This document shows positions 1 to 9,105 of a stretch of 34,070 nucleotides of DNA, piece after piece (position 1 is the stretch's first letter; every line of letters starts with the position of its first letter). The notes below the pieces were generated by a model. That model did not search any database, was not told the DNA's origin, and saw only the letters and a list, made by a program, of their open reading frames with translations. Position numbers and translations under genes: made by a program. The stretch comes from Prevotellaceae bacterium (GTDB lineage: Bacteria; Bacteroidota; Bacteroidia; Bacteroidales; UBA932): NCBI GenBank assembly GCA_031273485.1, contig JAISRS010000288.1, positions 1-34,070 of the forward strand. Direction: 5' to 3'.

Positions 1-210
1 AGAATGAAATCAGGACGAAATTTTTCCCGTTCACTGTATGTGGCGGAAGACATGAAAGAAGGCGATGTAATAACAGACAAAAATGTGCGCTCGGTTCGTC
101 CGGGATATGGGCTGCACCCAAAGCACTTGAATGGGATATTGGGAAAGAAAGTGAACTGTAATATAAAAAAAGGAACGACTTTTAACCTAAGATTCGTTGA
201 CTGTTTTTGA
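1..210 (+). CDS. C-terminal fragment (gene starts upstream of the window) of a nonulosonic-acid synthase family enzyme (NeuB/PseI/LegI), SAF domain
   Basis: Open in frame from nt 1. RSLYVAEDMKEGDVITDKNVRSVRPGYGLHPKHLNGILGKKVNCNIKKGTTF fits the C-terminal SAF-domain pattern of sialic/pseudaminic acid synthases (RS[IV]RPG.GL.PK...ILGKK). It most resembles PseI from memory, but 69 aa cannot separate PseI, NeuB and LegI. Confidence 0.8.
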   Translation, partial: RMKSGRNFSRSLYVAEDMKEGDVITDKNVRSVRPGYGLHPKHLNGILGKKVNCNIKKGTTFNLRFVDCF

Positions 211-246
211 TGATGTTATTTTTGTGTTTATTTTTAATTGTAATTT

Positions 247-1527
247 ATGGAAAGATATTTGATTAATTATTTGAAAGAAGCAGCAGAAGACGATCTGCAT
301 AAGAAATATATCGACTATTTTAAAATGGAATTGGATGAGTATATTTATAATTATGGCGAGCATATATCTTCTGCATATAGAAGGAAACAACGAAGGTCAA
401 TCATATCATATGCACATGATAAAATACAAATAATCATCGCATTATATATGAAACCATATCAGCAGTCCAATCTTAAAAATATATTATCATGCATGTGGTG
501 GTTTCCTATAGATATGGCTTTAGATGCGGATTTCAATTTAATATCGTCCATGTTTTCGCCTTGGGGGAAAAAGAATATTATAGGTGATAAAAACTTGTTG
601 AAATTGCTTGAATATAAGCGGTGTGCTATTAGAAAAGGCGTATTTAAAGATCTTTATGATACGGATTTTTTTGAGAAATTAGAATCTCAAAAAGATAAGA
701 TTATAACTCAATATAAAAAATATGATTTTCAGGCATTGTTTTTACCTACAGATGCACATTTTGAGTGTAAATATCTAATTGATATTTTTAATGAGTTAAA
801 AAAACCAAGTTTGATTTTTAGTCATGGATTGCCTGGATTCTATTCATTAGACATAGATAATAGAGGTGATTACCTGATGGTTTGGGGAGAAAAGATTAAA
901 CAAAACTACATAAACACAGGATTTGATCCAAATAAGATTTTTGTTTCCGGAAATCCAAAATACAGTGAATTTGACAAAACAAAAGAATTACGGAATTCTT
1001 TAGAAAATATATTGATAATTCCATGTTCTTCCTCTATGTGGACTCAACTCGACTGGGGAACTCCTTTGTTGATAGATAGAAGCATGGTTATACTTTATCT
1101 TTATAAGGTTCAATCTGTTTTAAAAAAAATAGGGGTTAAGCATGCCAGATTTCGCCCCCATCCTTCCATTGATAAAAATTGGGTGCATGGCTTTTTAGAT
1201 CATGATTTTTATGAAAAAGACGAAGATTCTTTAAGTGAATCATGCTCAAAGGCAACACTTGTGATAGGAGCAACCTCTACTGTTTTTTTGGAGGCTTTAA
1301 TGTATGGCGTAAATTATATCATTTTTGAACCCAAAGAAAAAAATGAAACTCTTGCGAGATGGAATTTAGTTCCACCGTTCGATGGCTCCGAACAAGATTT
1401 GGAAATTGCTAATACCGAAGAAGAACTGGAATATCTTGTAAGGAATAAATATCAAGTAAATGTTAATATTTTACATGATTATATGAACCCGTTAGATATT
1501 TCTGTTGTGAAAAATATTATCTCATAA
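247..1527 (+). CDS. Uncharacterised 426-aa protein; C-terminal half looks like a GT-B-type (TagF/KpsS/sialyltransferase-like) glycosyl or glycerophosphoryl transferase with an HP motif
   Basis: Long ORF with no competing frame, and codon usage matches its AT-rich neighbours. The C-terminal half (LIFSHGLPGFY...VWGEKIK...IFVSGNPKY...RFRPHPS...VIGATSTVFLEALMYGVNYIIFEP) resembles Rossmann-type GT-B transferases. The N-terminal 190 aa are unrecognisable. Confidence 0.55.
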   Translation: MERYLINYLKEAAEDDLHKKYIDYFKMELDEYIYNYGEHISSAYRRKQRRSIISYAHDKIQIIIALYMKPYQQSNLKNILSCMWWFPIDMALDADFNLISSMFSPWGKKNIIGDKNLLKLLEYKRCAIRKGVFKDLYDTDFFEKLESQKDKIITQYKKYDFQALFLPTDAHFECKYLIDIFNELKKPSLIFSHGLPGFYSLDIDNRGDYLMVWGEKIKQNYINTGFDPNKIFVSGNPKYSEFDKTKELRNSLENILIIPCSSSMWTQLDWGTPLLIDRSMVILYLYKVQSVLKKIGVKHARFRPHPSIDKNWVHGFLDHDFYEKDEDSLSESCSKATLVIGATSTVFLEALMYGVNYIIFEPKEKNETLARWNLVPPFDGSEQDLEIANTEEELEYLVRNKYQVNVNILHDYMNPLDISVVKNIIS

Positions 1528-1709
1528 GTATCAATATAATTGTTTTATGTGTTCTCCAATATTTGAGAGTTTAACGGCTTTCGATGGCACAACAGAAGGT
1601 AACTTGCTTAACAGCGGTAAAATATGGTAATCAAATTAATACTTTCTCATAACAGAGAAAGGAATTTATCCAAAAATAGATGAACTAAAAAGAAAATGAA
1701 TAGTAACCG

Positions 1710-2486
1710 ATGAAAGTAGTTATCTTAGCAGGTGGATATGGCACGCGCCTTTCCGAAGAAACAGATTTACGCCCCAAACCGATGGTGGAAATCGGTGGGC
1801 GACCGATTTTGTGGCATATCATGAAAATCTATTCTTATTGGGGATTCAATGATTTTGTTATACTCACCGGTTATAAATCTCATGTTATTAAGGATTATTT
1901 TTTGAATTATTATACACGATACTCCGATATTACAATAGATATGGCAAATAATACGGTCGAAATTCATAATCACAGAAATGAACCCTGGAAAGTGACAATG
2001 CTCTATACGGGCCAAGATACCATGACAGGAGGTAGACTCCTGAGAGCAAAAGCATTCTTGAATGATGAACCCTTTATGCTTACCTATGGCGATGGACTGA
2101 GTGATATCAATATTTCTGCACTTTTAGAGGCACATAACAAATCGAATAAAACAGTAACAGTTACGTCCGTTCAGCCTCAGGGAAGATTCGGCGCTCTGTC
2201 ATTGACTGATGACGGTGCGGTCGTCTCGTTTACGGAAAAACCGAAGGGCGATGGCACTTGGATTAATGGAGGCTTTTTCGTTATGGAAAGCTCTGTTTTT
2301 AAGTATTTTGAGAGCGGTGACGAAACAATTTTAGAAAAAGAACCGATGCAACAACTTGCACTTGATGGACAGTTGCATGCGTATAAGCATACAGGTTTCT
2401 GGAAGTCTATGGATACATTGAAAGATAAAAATGATTTAACGTCCCTTTGGACAACTGGAATGGCTCCGTGGGCAGCTTGGCTGTAA
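1710..2486 (+). CDS. rfbF: Glucose-1-phosphate cytidylyltransferase
   Basis: MKVVILAGGYGTRLSEETDLRPKPMVEIGGRPILWHIMKIYSYWGFNDFVILTGYK is the canonical RfbF N-terminus. Length (258 aa) and the C-terminal FWKSMDTLKDKNDL motif are typical. Confidence 0.93.
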   Translation: MKVVILAGGYGTRLSEETDLRPKPMVEIGGRPILWHIMKIYSYWGFNDFVILTGYKSHVIKDYFLNYYTRYSDITIDMANNTVEIHNHRNEPWKVTMLYTGQDTMTGGRLLRAKAFLNDEPFMLTYGDGLSDINISALLEAHNKSNKTVTVTSVQPQGRFGALSLTDDGAVVSFTEKPKGDGTWINGGFFVMESSVFKYFESGDETILEKEPMQQLALDGQLHAYKHTGFWKSMDTLKDKNDLTSLWTTGMAPWAAWL

Positions 2487-2519
2487 AATCGCTGATTTCC
2501 TGATTTTTATAAATGAAAC

Positions 2520-3566
2520 ATGGCTCTGTCATTTTATCGTGGTAAAAAAGTTTTTGTCACAGGACATACCGGTTTTAAGGGAACATGGCTCTGTCATATC
2601 CTTTTGCATGCGGGCGCAGATGTGACAGGGTATGCACTTGAACCTCCTACAAAGCCCTCTCTCTTCGCACAAACCGGTTTGGCAAAAAAGATGCACTCGA
2701 TTATTGGTGATATTCGAGATAGAGAGGTGCTGATTGGGGCTATACAAGCGGTGATGCCCGACATACTTTTCCATCTCGCCGCGCAACCGCTGGTAAGATG
2801 CTCGTATCAGAAACCGGCTGAAACTTATGAAACTAATGTATTGGGGACGGTCAATGTCCTTGAAGCCATGCGATTCACCCGGTCTATCCGCTCAGTTGTC
2901 AATGTCACTACAGACAAGGTTTACGAAAATAAAGAATGGCTTTGGGGATACCGCGAAAATGAAAATTTATGCGGCTACGATCCCTATTCAAACAGCAAAT
3001 CTTGCAGCGAATTGGTGACAGCAAGTTACCGAAATTCTTTTTTCTCCAATAAAGATGATCCTGCTCTTTCTACAGCTCGGTCGGGTAATGTAATCGGAGG
3101 TGGAGACTATGCGACTGACCGAGTTATACCGGATTGCATCCGAGCTGCAATGTTCAGCAAGCAAATTATTCTGCGGAATCCACATTCTGTCAGGCCATAT
3201 CAGCATGTGTTGGAATGTCTCTCCGGTTACCTTTTACTTGCAGAAAAACAATATGATGATCCCGATCTTGCGGGAGCGTATAATTTTGGCCCGGATGAAT
3301 TAAATTGCATCACAACCGGTCAACTTGCGGAATTATTTTGTTCGGCATGGGGAGCAGGAGCTTGTTGGACGGCTCGGGAAGACAATGGCCCGCACGAAGC
3401 GGATTTACTCAAATTGGATTGTTCGAAGGCGAAAACAATATTGGGATGGAAACCTCGTTGGGATGTCAGGACAGCGGTAGAAAAAGTGATAGAGTTTGCT
3501 CGATGTGATAATGATACTGCGTATAAATACTGCCTTGATAAACAAGTGGAAGGATATTTTAAATAA
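2520..3566 (+). CDS. rfbG: CDP-glucose 4,6-dehydratase
   Basis: FYRGKKVFVTGHTGFKGTWL (GxxGxxG), the TTDKVY and YSNSK (YxxxK) SDR catalytic motifs, 348 aa, directly downstream of rfbF. Confidence 0.92.
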   Translation: MALSFYRGKKVFVTGHTGFKGTWLCHILLHAGADVTGYALEPPTKPSLFAQTGLAKKMHSIIGDIRDREVLIGAIQAVMPDILFHLAAQPLVRCSYQKPAETYETNVLGTVNVLEAMRFTRSIRSVVNVTTDKVYENKEWLWGYRENENLCGYDPYSNSKSCSELVTASYRNSFFSNKDDPALSTARSGNVIGGGDYATDRVIPDCIRAAMFSKQIILRNPHSVRPYQHVLECLSGYLLLAEKQYDDPDLAGAYNFGPDELNCITTGQLAELFCSAWGAGACWTAREDNGPHEADLLKLDCSKAKTILGWKPRWDVRTAVEKVIEFARCDNDTAYKYCLDKQVEGYFK

Positions 3567-3567
3567 A

Positions 3568-4101
3568 ATGATTATAGAAGATACACGCATTAACGGAGTT
3601 GAAGTCATTCACTCGCGGCCATTTAGAGACGACCGGGGATTTCTGAACCGGATCTTCTGCCAGGAAGAACTTGCAATAATCCGCTCCAATATAATAATTG
3701 CGCAGGCCAACCATTCGATGACCGCACTAAAAGGTACCGTCCGAGGGATGCACTTTCAGCATCCGCCTCATGCCGAAATGAAAATTGTGAGATGTGTGAA
3801 AGGCAGCATATTTGATGTTGCCGTAGATTTGCGGAAACATTCGCCAACATTTCTGCAATGGCACGGGGAAATACTATCTTCCGATAATATGAAAGCGCTT
3901 GTTGTGCCGGAAGGTTGCGCCCATGGGTTTCAGTCTTTGGAAGATGGAATTGAAATGATATATTTGCATACAAAGGCTTATTGCAAAGAAGCCGAGGAAA
4001 CGTTGCGCTATGATGATCCGAAAGTCGCCATACAGTGGCCGCTACCTGTTTTGCATATCTCGGTGAAAGATGTATCTTCGCCGCTCATAACTAACAACTA
4101 A
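3568..4101 (+). CDS. RmlC-like cupin sugar-nucleotide 3,5- (or 3- / 5-) epimerase family protein
   Basis: I start at the ATG at 3568 (MIIEDTRINGVEVI...), 1 nt after the rfbG stop, not at the tracked 3496 start, which would overlap rfbG. Motifs: RGMHFQ, KIVRCVKGSIFDVAVDLRKHSPTF, PEGCAHGF and the DP...I.WPLP tail, as in dTDP-4-dehydrorhamnose 3,5-epimerase. Confidence 0.88.
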   Translation: MIIEDTRINGVEVIHSRPFRDDRGFLNRIFCQEELAIIRSNIIIAQANHSMTALKGTVRGMHFQHPPHAEMKIVRCVKGSIFDVAVDLRKHSPTFLQWHGEILSSDNMKALVVPEGCAHGFQSLEDGIEMIYLHTKAYCKEAEETLRYDDPKVAIQWPLPVLHISVKDVSSPLITNN

Positions 4102-4112
4102 GAAAAATTTTT

Positions 4113-5336
4113 ATGAAATGTCGCCATTGTGGACAAGAACTGACTCAAGAATTTGTCAACTTGTATAATGCTCCGCCGTCGAATGCATATTTGACTGAAG
4201 AACAGCTGAATGAACCGGAAATATGCTATCCCCTTAGAATATTTGTATGCGATAAATGTTTTTTGGTTCAGATTGATGAGTACAAAAAATCTGCTGAGAT
4301 TTTTAGCTCTGAATATGCCTATTTCAGCTCTTATTCATCATTGTGGCTGAAACATGCACGTTCGTATGTCGAAAAGATGGTTCAAAAACTTGAACTGAAT
4401 GAACAGTCTTTTATTATCGAAATCGCAAGCAATGATGGATATTTGCTGCAATATGTTAAAGAAAAGAACATACCCTGCCTTGGTATCGAACCTACGGCTT
4501 CAACAGCTAAAGTGGCTAAGGATAAAGGAATTGATGTCTTAGAAGACTTTTTCGATTCCCGTATGGCATTGTCGCTCAAAAAAGCCGATTTGATTCTGGG
4601 AAATAATGTTTTGGCTCATGTTCCGGATATTAATGATTTTGTTAAGGGCATGAAAATCGCGCTAAAGCCCCAGGGCACTATCACGATGGAATTTCCGCAC
4701 CTGCTAAACTTAATCCAATATAATCAGTTTGATACTATTTATCATGAGCATTTTTCGTATCTTTCGTTAATGACGGTTCGAACTATTTTTGCATCGCAGG
4801 GCCTGAAAATATATGATGTGGAGGAACTCCCAACTCACGGCGGCAGTCTGAGGATTTATGCAACTCACGTCGAAAATGACATAAAGGCAGAAAAAACGGT
4901 CAATGATTTGATTGACAGAGAAAAACAGGCTCACTTGGATAGCATGGATGGATACAAAGGATTTGAACAAAAAATCCAAAAAATCAAATGGGATTTCTTG
5001 GATTTTTTGCTGCAGGCTCAACGCGATGGTAAAAAAATCGTTGCCTACGGCGCAGCTGCTAAGGGGAATACCTTTCTAAATTATTGCGGAGTTAAGGCTG
5101 ATGCTATACAGTTCGTGGTCGACGCTTCCCCGCATAAGCAAAATAAATTCCTGCCCCTTAGCCATATCCCCATTGTTTCGAAGGAACGATTGACGACGGA
5201 AAGAATAGATTATATCCTTATTTTGCCGTGGAATATCAAAAATGAAATCATAAATAGCTTAACATTCACTAACAGGAGGGGGGAGGTAAAGTGGGTTACA
5301 GCTATTCCAAAGCTGGAGTTATGGCACGCAGAGTGA
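4113..5336 (+). CDS. NDP-hexose C-methyltransferase family protein (TylC3/NovU-like architecture: N-terminal Zn ribbon, class I SAM domain, C-methyltransferase C-terminal domain)
   Basis: CRHCG...CDKCF four-Cys ribbon, YAYFSSYS motif, IIEIASNDGYLL SAM motif I, and a C-terminal AYGAAAKGNTFLNYCG...DASPHKQNKFLP...IPI Rossmann-like domain; 407 aa. Confidence 0.85.
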   Translation: MKCRHCGQELTQEFVNLYNAPPSNAYLTEEQLNEPEICYPLRIFVCDKCFLVQIDEYKKSAEIFSSEYAYFSSYSSLWLKHARSYVEKMVQKLELNEQSFIIEIASNDGYLLQYVKEKNIPCLGIEPTASTAKVAKDKGIDVLEDFFDSRMALSLKKADLILGNNVLAHVPDINDFVKGMKIALKPQGTITMEFPHLLNLIQYNQFDTIYHEHFSYLSLMTVRTIFASQGLKIYDVEELPTHGGSLRIYATHVENDIKAEKTVNDLIDREKQAHLDSMDGYKGFEQKIQKIKWDFLDFLLQAQRDGKKIVAYGAAAKGNTFLNYCGVKADAIQFVVDASPHKQNKFLPLSHIPIVSKERLTTERIDYILILPWNIKNEIINSLTFTNRRGEVKWVTAIPKLELWHAE

Positions 5337-5424
5337 GTGGTTGGTCTGTTAAACTTGAAACTCTCGGAATATAATGTTTTTTACGCCAATCGCATAGGGA
5401 TCGAAATTTAAATATGAAAATATC

Positions 5425-6603
5425 ATGAATCTTTTTTATCAATCAAATGTTCCTGCGAATCAAAATCTGTTATATAAAACGACCGAAGATGCCAAGAATG
5501 CCACTGTCGGTGAGTTGGATATACGTTTGGATGAGGCAAACGGTTTTATTTATAATCACGCCTTTGACCCTGATAAGGTAAATTATTCCGGAGAATATGA
5601 CAATAATCAAAATTGGTCGCCTTATTTTGCTGCCTATATTGACAGGCAAATTGATTACCTCGTGAGTAAATATATTCCGGAAGATTCGGTCATTGTAGAA
5701 GTGGGGTGTGGAAAAGGGTATTATGTTGAAAAACTCGTGCGAAAATTGAGTAATTGTACGGCGTATGGATTTGATACCAGCTATGTTTATGAAGAAGGTG
5801 AACCCCTCTTAAATAATCTTCAGTATTTCAAAGAGTATTATGATGGAAAATATGCATACCTGCGTCCGGATGTAGTTATCTGTCGTCATGTTATAGAGCA
5901 TATTCATAATCCTCTTGAATTTCTGAAAGAAATTCGGGCTACTATGCCGGAACATGCTTTGTTGTTTATAGAAACGCCGGATGTTAATTGGATATTGAAA
6001 AACACGGCGATTTTTGATTTCTTTTATGAACATTGCTCGTATTGGAATGAAAAGTCTATTGAATATGTTCTTCGGTTATCAGGTTTTGAAATCATTGAAT
6101 CAAAATGCGAATTTGGAGGACAGTATATGTGGATTGTATCCCGTGCAGTGAGCAGCGCTCCGATGCCGGCTGTTCATGACAACCATTTAAGCTATATGAA
6201 GAATTTATGCTGCAAATTTGCAAATGATCGAGTATGTGAAATCAATTCCGTTATGCATAGTTTGTATTTGTTAAAACAAAAAGGAACAGCAGTGTTTGTC
6301 TGGGGAGCTGGTGCCAAAGGAACAACATTTGTGAATTTGTTTGATGAACATAAACAGTTTGTATCTGCGCTTATTGATATTAGTCCGGCCAAACAAAATA
6401 AATTCGTTGGTAAAACATCGCACAAAGTACTGGAATCGATCTTTCTGATCAATATGTTAATAAGTAACAATACGGAGGGGGGGGTAATTCTTGTTTTAAA
6501 TGAAAATTATGTTTCAGAAGTTAACAGCCTGTTGATAGAATTGGACTTAAAATGTGTGGCTTACTCATATCCTGAATTTAAATCAATCGAAAAAATATTG
6601 TGA
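5425..6603 (+). CDS. Second SAM-dependent methyltransferase, paralogous to the preceding C-methyltransferase but lacking the Zn ribbon
   Basis: VVEVGCGKGYYVEKL SAM motif I. The C-terminal VWGAGAKGTTFVNLF...DISPAKQNKFVG aligns by eye with AYGAAAKGNTFLNYC...DASPHKQNKFLP of the 4113-5336 product. There are no N-terminal cysteines. Confidence 0.8.
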   Translation: MNLFYQSNVPANQNLLYKTTEDAKNATVGELDIRLDEANGFIYNHAFDPDKVNYSGEYDNNQNWSPYFAAYIDRQIDYLVSKYIPEDSVIVEVGCGKGYYVEKLVRKLSNCTAYGFDTSYVYEEGEPLLNNLQYFKEYYDGKYAYLRPDVVICRHVIEHIHNPLEFLKEIRATMPEHALLFIETPDVNWILKNTAIFDFFYEHCSYWNEKSIEYVLRLSGFEIIESKCEFGGQYMWIVSRAVSSAPMPAVHDNHLSYMKNLCCKFANDRVCEINSVMHSLYLLKQKGTAVFVWGAGAKGTTFVNLFDEHKQFVSALIDISPAKQNKFVGKTSHKVLESIFLINMLISNNTEGGVILVLNENYVSEVNSLLIELDLKCVAYSYPEFKSIEKIL

Positions 6604-7454
6604 TGCGTATACTGATTACCGGAGCTACCGGATTTATTGGTCGTCATGTCGTTGAGTATCTGCTCTCTCTGGGCAATCATTCGCTGATTACAACCGCAAT
6701 GAGCAGTGAAAAAGATGCGTTGTCTTTGTGCCCGTTACTGAAAAATACGAACTATATCTCTAAAAATCTTGACGAAAAAACCGATAACTATTATTCGTTT
6801 TTTTTAACTCCGGATTGTGTGATTCATTTGAGTTGGAGAGGATTGCCCAATTACGATGAACTGTTTCATATCGAACATAATCTTCCCGCTAATTATTATT
6901 TTATTAAAAATATGATACAGAATGGATTGTCTGATATCACCATCGCAGGAACTTGTTTTGAATATGGACTGCTAAACGGCTGTCTCAATGAAGAAATGCC
7001 TACGACACCTGTGACTGTTTATGGTTTGGCAAAAGATACACTCAGGAAATTCGTTGAAACATTGCAGCAACAATATTCCTTCAGTGTGAAATGGCTTAGA
7101 GTCTTTTACCCTTATGGGCATGGGCAAAGTGAAAAATCGCTTTGGACACAACTGGAGCAAGCTATAATCAATAAAAGGGAGCGATTCGACATGTCTTTAG
7201 GTGAACAGTTGCGGGATTATCTGCCATCAGAAACTGTTGCTGAATATATCGTGAAGGTGGCGCTTCAAAACGATGTGACAGGCATAATCAATTGCTGCAG
7301 TGGAAAACCCCTATCTGTTAGAAAATTTGTCGAGCTTTTTTTTGAAGAGCGAAGTTATAGTATATACTTGAATCGAGGTTTTTATCCATATCCCAAATAT
7401 GAACCTTTTGCTTTTTGGGGGGATAATGCAAAATTAAAACGTATAATAGGATAA
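6603..7454 (+). CDS. NAD(P)-dependent epimerase/dehydratase (SDR) family protein, probable sugar-nucleotide 4-ketoreductase
   Basis: MRILITGATGFIGRHVVEYL Rossmann motif and YGLAK (YxxxK). The ATG at 6603 overlaps the upstream TGA (6601-6603) by 1 nt, suggesting translational coupling. The tracked GTG at 6600 is less likely. Confidence 0.85.
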   Translation: MRILITGATGFIGRHVVEYLLSLGNHSLITTAMSSEKDALSLCPLLKNTNYISKNLDEKTDNYYSFFLTPDCVIHLSWRGLPNYDELFHIEHNLPANYYFIKNMIQNGLSDITIAGTCFEYGLLNGCLNEEMPTTPVTVYGLAKDTLRKFVETLQQQYSFSVKWLRVFYPYGHGQSEKSLWTQLEQAIINKRERFDMSLGEQLRDYLPSETVAEYIVKVALQNDVTGIINCCSGKPLSVRKFVELFFEERSYSIYLNRGFYPYPKYEPFAFWGDNAKLKRIIG

Positions 7455-7581
7455 TGGCAATAATCCGTGTATATTCTTTTTCAATGGAATGTGAATCTTG
7501 AAAAGAATAGACCTGCAATGAGAAAATCGCGACAATTATGATGATATTGAAGATGATCAACAAATAAACTCATATAATGCA

Positions 7582-8820
7582 ATGAATACTAAGCCCAAAT
7601 ATACAATTATTATCCCAACAAGAAATTCTCTTGAATATCTGAAAGATGCTATAGAATCCGTATTGTCTCAGCCTTTTTCGGATTACGAGCTTATTGTTAG
7701 TGATAATCATTCGGATGATGACACCCATGAGTATGTTAACTCTATTTCACATCCAAATCTCCGACTGATAAAGCCTGGAAAAGGGCTTTCTATGGTGGAT
7801 CACTGGGAATGGGCACTTACGTATGCAACGGGCGAATGGATTGTTTTTTTAGGTGCTGATGATGGTGTAATGCCCTATTTTTTTGAACTCGCCGAGTTTC
7901 TGACTCGCAAAGCTGAAAATAAAAATATCAAAGTAATAAATTCTGTTAGAGCTTACTTTTTTTGGGATGGATGTCAAAATGTATATGGAGACAAATCTAT
8001 CAGCTATGCAGCACATGCCAAATGCGTGGTAAGACAATCCAAATTAGAGTTGTTGGATGCAACTATCGGGCTAAGCAACTATCTTTATTTGCCTCAAATG
8101 TATACCGCTTCTATCGTACATATATCGCTCGTTCAAACCGCTAAAGCAAAAAATGACGGCGCTTTTTATAGTTCGCTCATTCCGGATGCTAATGGAGCAG
8201 CTATTATCTGCTCGATAGAAGATAAGTATCTTGAATCTCTTATACCATTGGGTTGGATCGGCAGTTCGCCTAAAAGTAATGGATTAATTTTTAGCATTGA
8301 TAAAGATAAGTTTAAAAAAGAAAATTCATTGAACTTCGATTCAACTATTATTCAATGGCATCCTTTAGCTGGAGTTTTTAATAAAGGTGTGGACGCCAGG
8401 AATGTTGATAATTTTAAAATGTATTTGTTTGAAGCATTAATGCAAACACAGCATTTGCAAAAACCTTTCTGGGCAAAAATATACAACTCAAGATGGTTTA
8501 AAACCATGCTTTTTGCAACAGTTTATAATCAAATAAAAAAAAAATCGAATGAAGTGGAGTTTTTGAAGGAAATCACCGCAATAAACAAAATTCCTTTCAG
8601 TTTGGTATTATTTTGTAGTTTCACTCTATCAAGGTTTGTTTGGGCTGTTTTAAAGAGTATGGATGTTATAATGAGAATTAAGAATGAAATATTCCTTAAA
8701 ACGATCCGATTGAAACTGCCTCATCGGCATGATTCCGAAATACGTCTTATGGATGCAAGTAATCGTATCCACAAATTAGAGGTGGAAAGAAACTTCATAC
8801 AAGGATTCATAAATAAATGA
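7582..8820 (+). CDS. Glycosyltransferase family 2 protein
   Basis: YTIIIPTRNSLEYLKDAIESVLSQPFSDYELIVSDNHSDDDT and FLGADD (DxD-type) are classic GT2 N-terminal domain features. The C-terminal half carries hydrophobic segments. Confidence 0.88.
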   Translation: MNTKPKYTIIIPTRNSLEYLKDAIESVLSQPFSDYELIVSDNHSDDDTHEYVNSISHPNLRLIKPGKGLSMVDHWEWALTYATGEWIVFLGADDGVMPYFFELAEFLTRKAENKNIKVINSVRAYFFWDGCQNVYGDKSISYAAHAKCVVRQSKLELLDATIGLSNYLYLPQMYTASIVHISLVQTAKAKNDGAFYSSLIPDANGAAIICSIEDKYLESLIPLGWIGSSPKSNGLIFSIDKDKFKKENSLNFDSTIIQWHPLAGVFNKGVDARNVDNFKMYLFEALMQTQHLQKPFWAKIYNSRWFKTMLFATVYNQIKKKSNEVEFLKEITAINKIPFSLVLFCSFTLSRFVWAVLKSMDVIMRIKNEIFLKTIRLKLPHRHDSEIRLMDASNRIHKLEVERNFIQGFINK

Positions 8821-8832
8821 AATGCCGGCGTT

Positions 8833-8856
8833 CTCCCTCGTTGGGAAACGAGGGAG
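8833..8856 (+). terminator. Perfect 10-bp stem / 4-nt loop hairpin just after the GT2 stop; possible terminator without a T-tract
   Basis: CTCCCTCGTT-GGGA-AACGAGGGAG read directly from the sequence. It is followed by AGCAAGAG rather than a U-run, so terminator function is uncertain. Confidence 0.4.
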
Positions 8857-9105
8857 AGCAAGAGAGTAAAAGTCATTGCATAGCCATACATCAGAGACAT
8901 AAAAACAGTAATGGACTCAGATTGCGCGTACAATCCGACATTATGTCGGTTATGCTTTAAAAATGGCGACATTCCGTAAGCATAAAACAAGTGATGCTGC
9001 CGGTTGCACGTATTTTTCAACCATTACCAAAGTAATGCTCCCGGAATGAACACAATTTCCGACAAAATGTCAGGTAATGCCTCCGGCGCATCAAAATGCA
9101 AATAT

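Noticed and set aside
1528-1709. Searched for invertible-promoter-type inverted repeats, as in Bacteroides capsule loci (also in 8857-9105, 12143-12419 and 14202-14363)
   Set aside because: Only short imperfect palindromes turned up (TCTCCAATATTTGAGA near 1555; CTTTCTC-ATAACA-GAGAAAG near 1645). There is no pair of 15-30-bp inverted repeats flanking a promoter, and no recombinase gene in the window.
3496-3567. Upstream extension of the epimerase ORF (tracked start at 3496)
   Set aside because: It would overlap the last 71 nt of rfbG and add a non-homologous N-terminus (MLDVIMILRINTALINKWKDILNK). The ATG at 3568 gives the family-typical start.
8721-9020. 99-aa minus-strand ORF spanning the GT2 3' end and the region upstream of the repeat array
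   Set aside because: It overlaps the GT2 coding end and the hairpin, and no motif is recognisable. I checked it as a possible cas remnant and saw nothing Cas-like. The other frames of 8860-9100 are full of stops.
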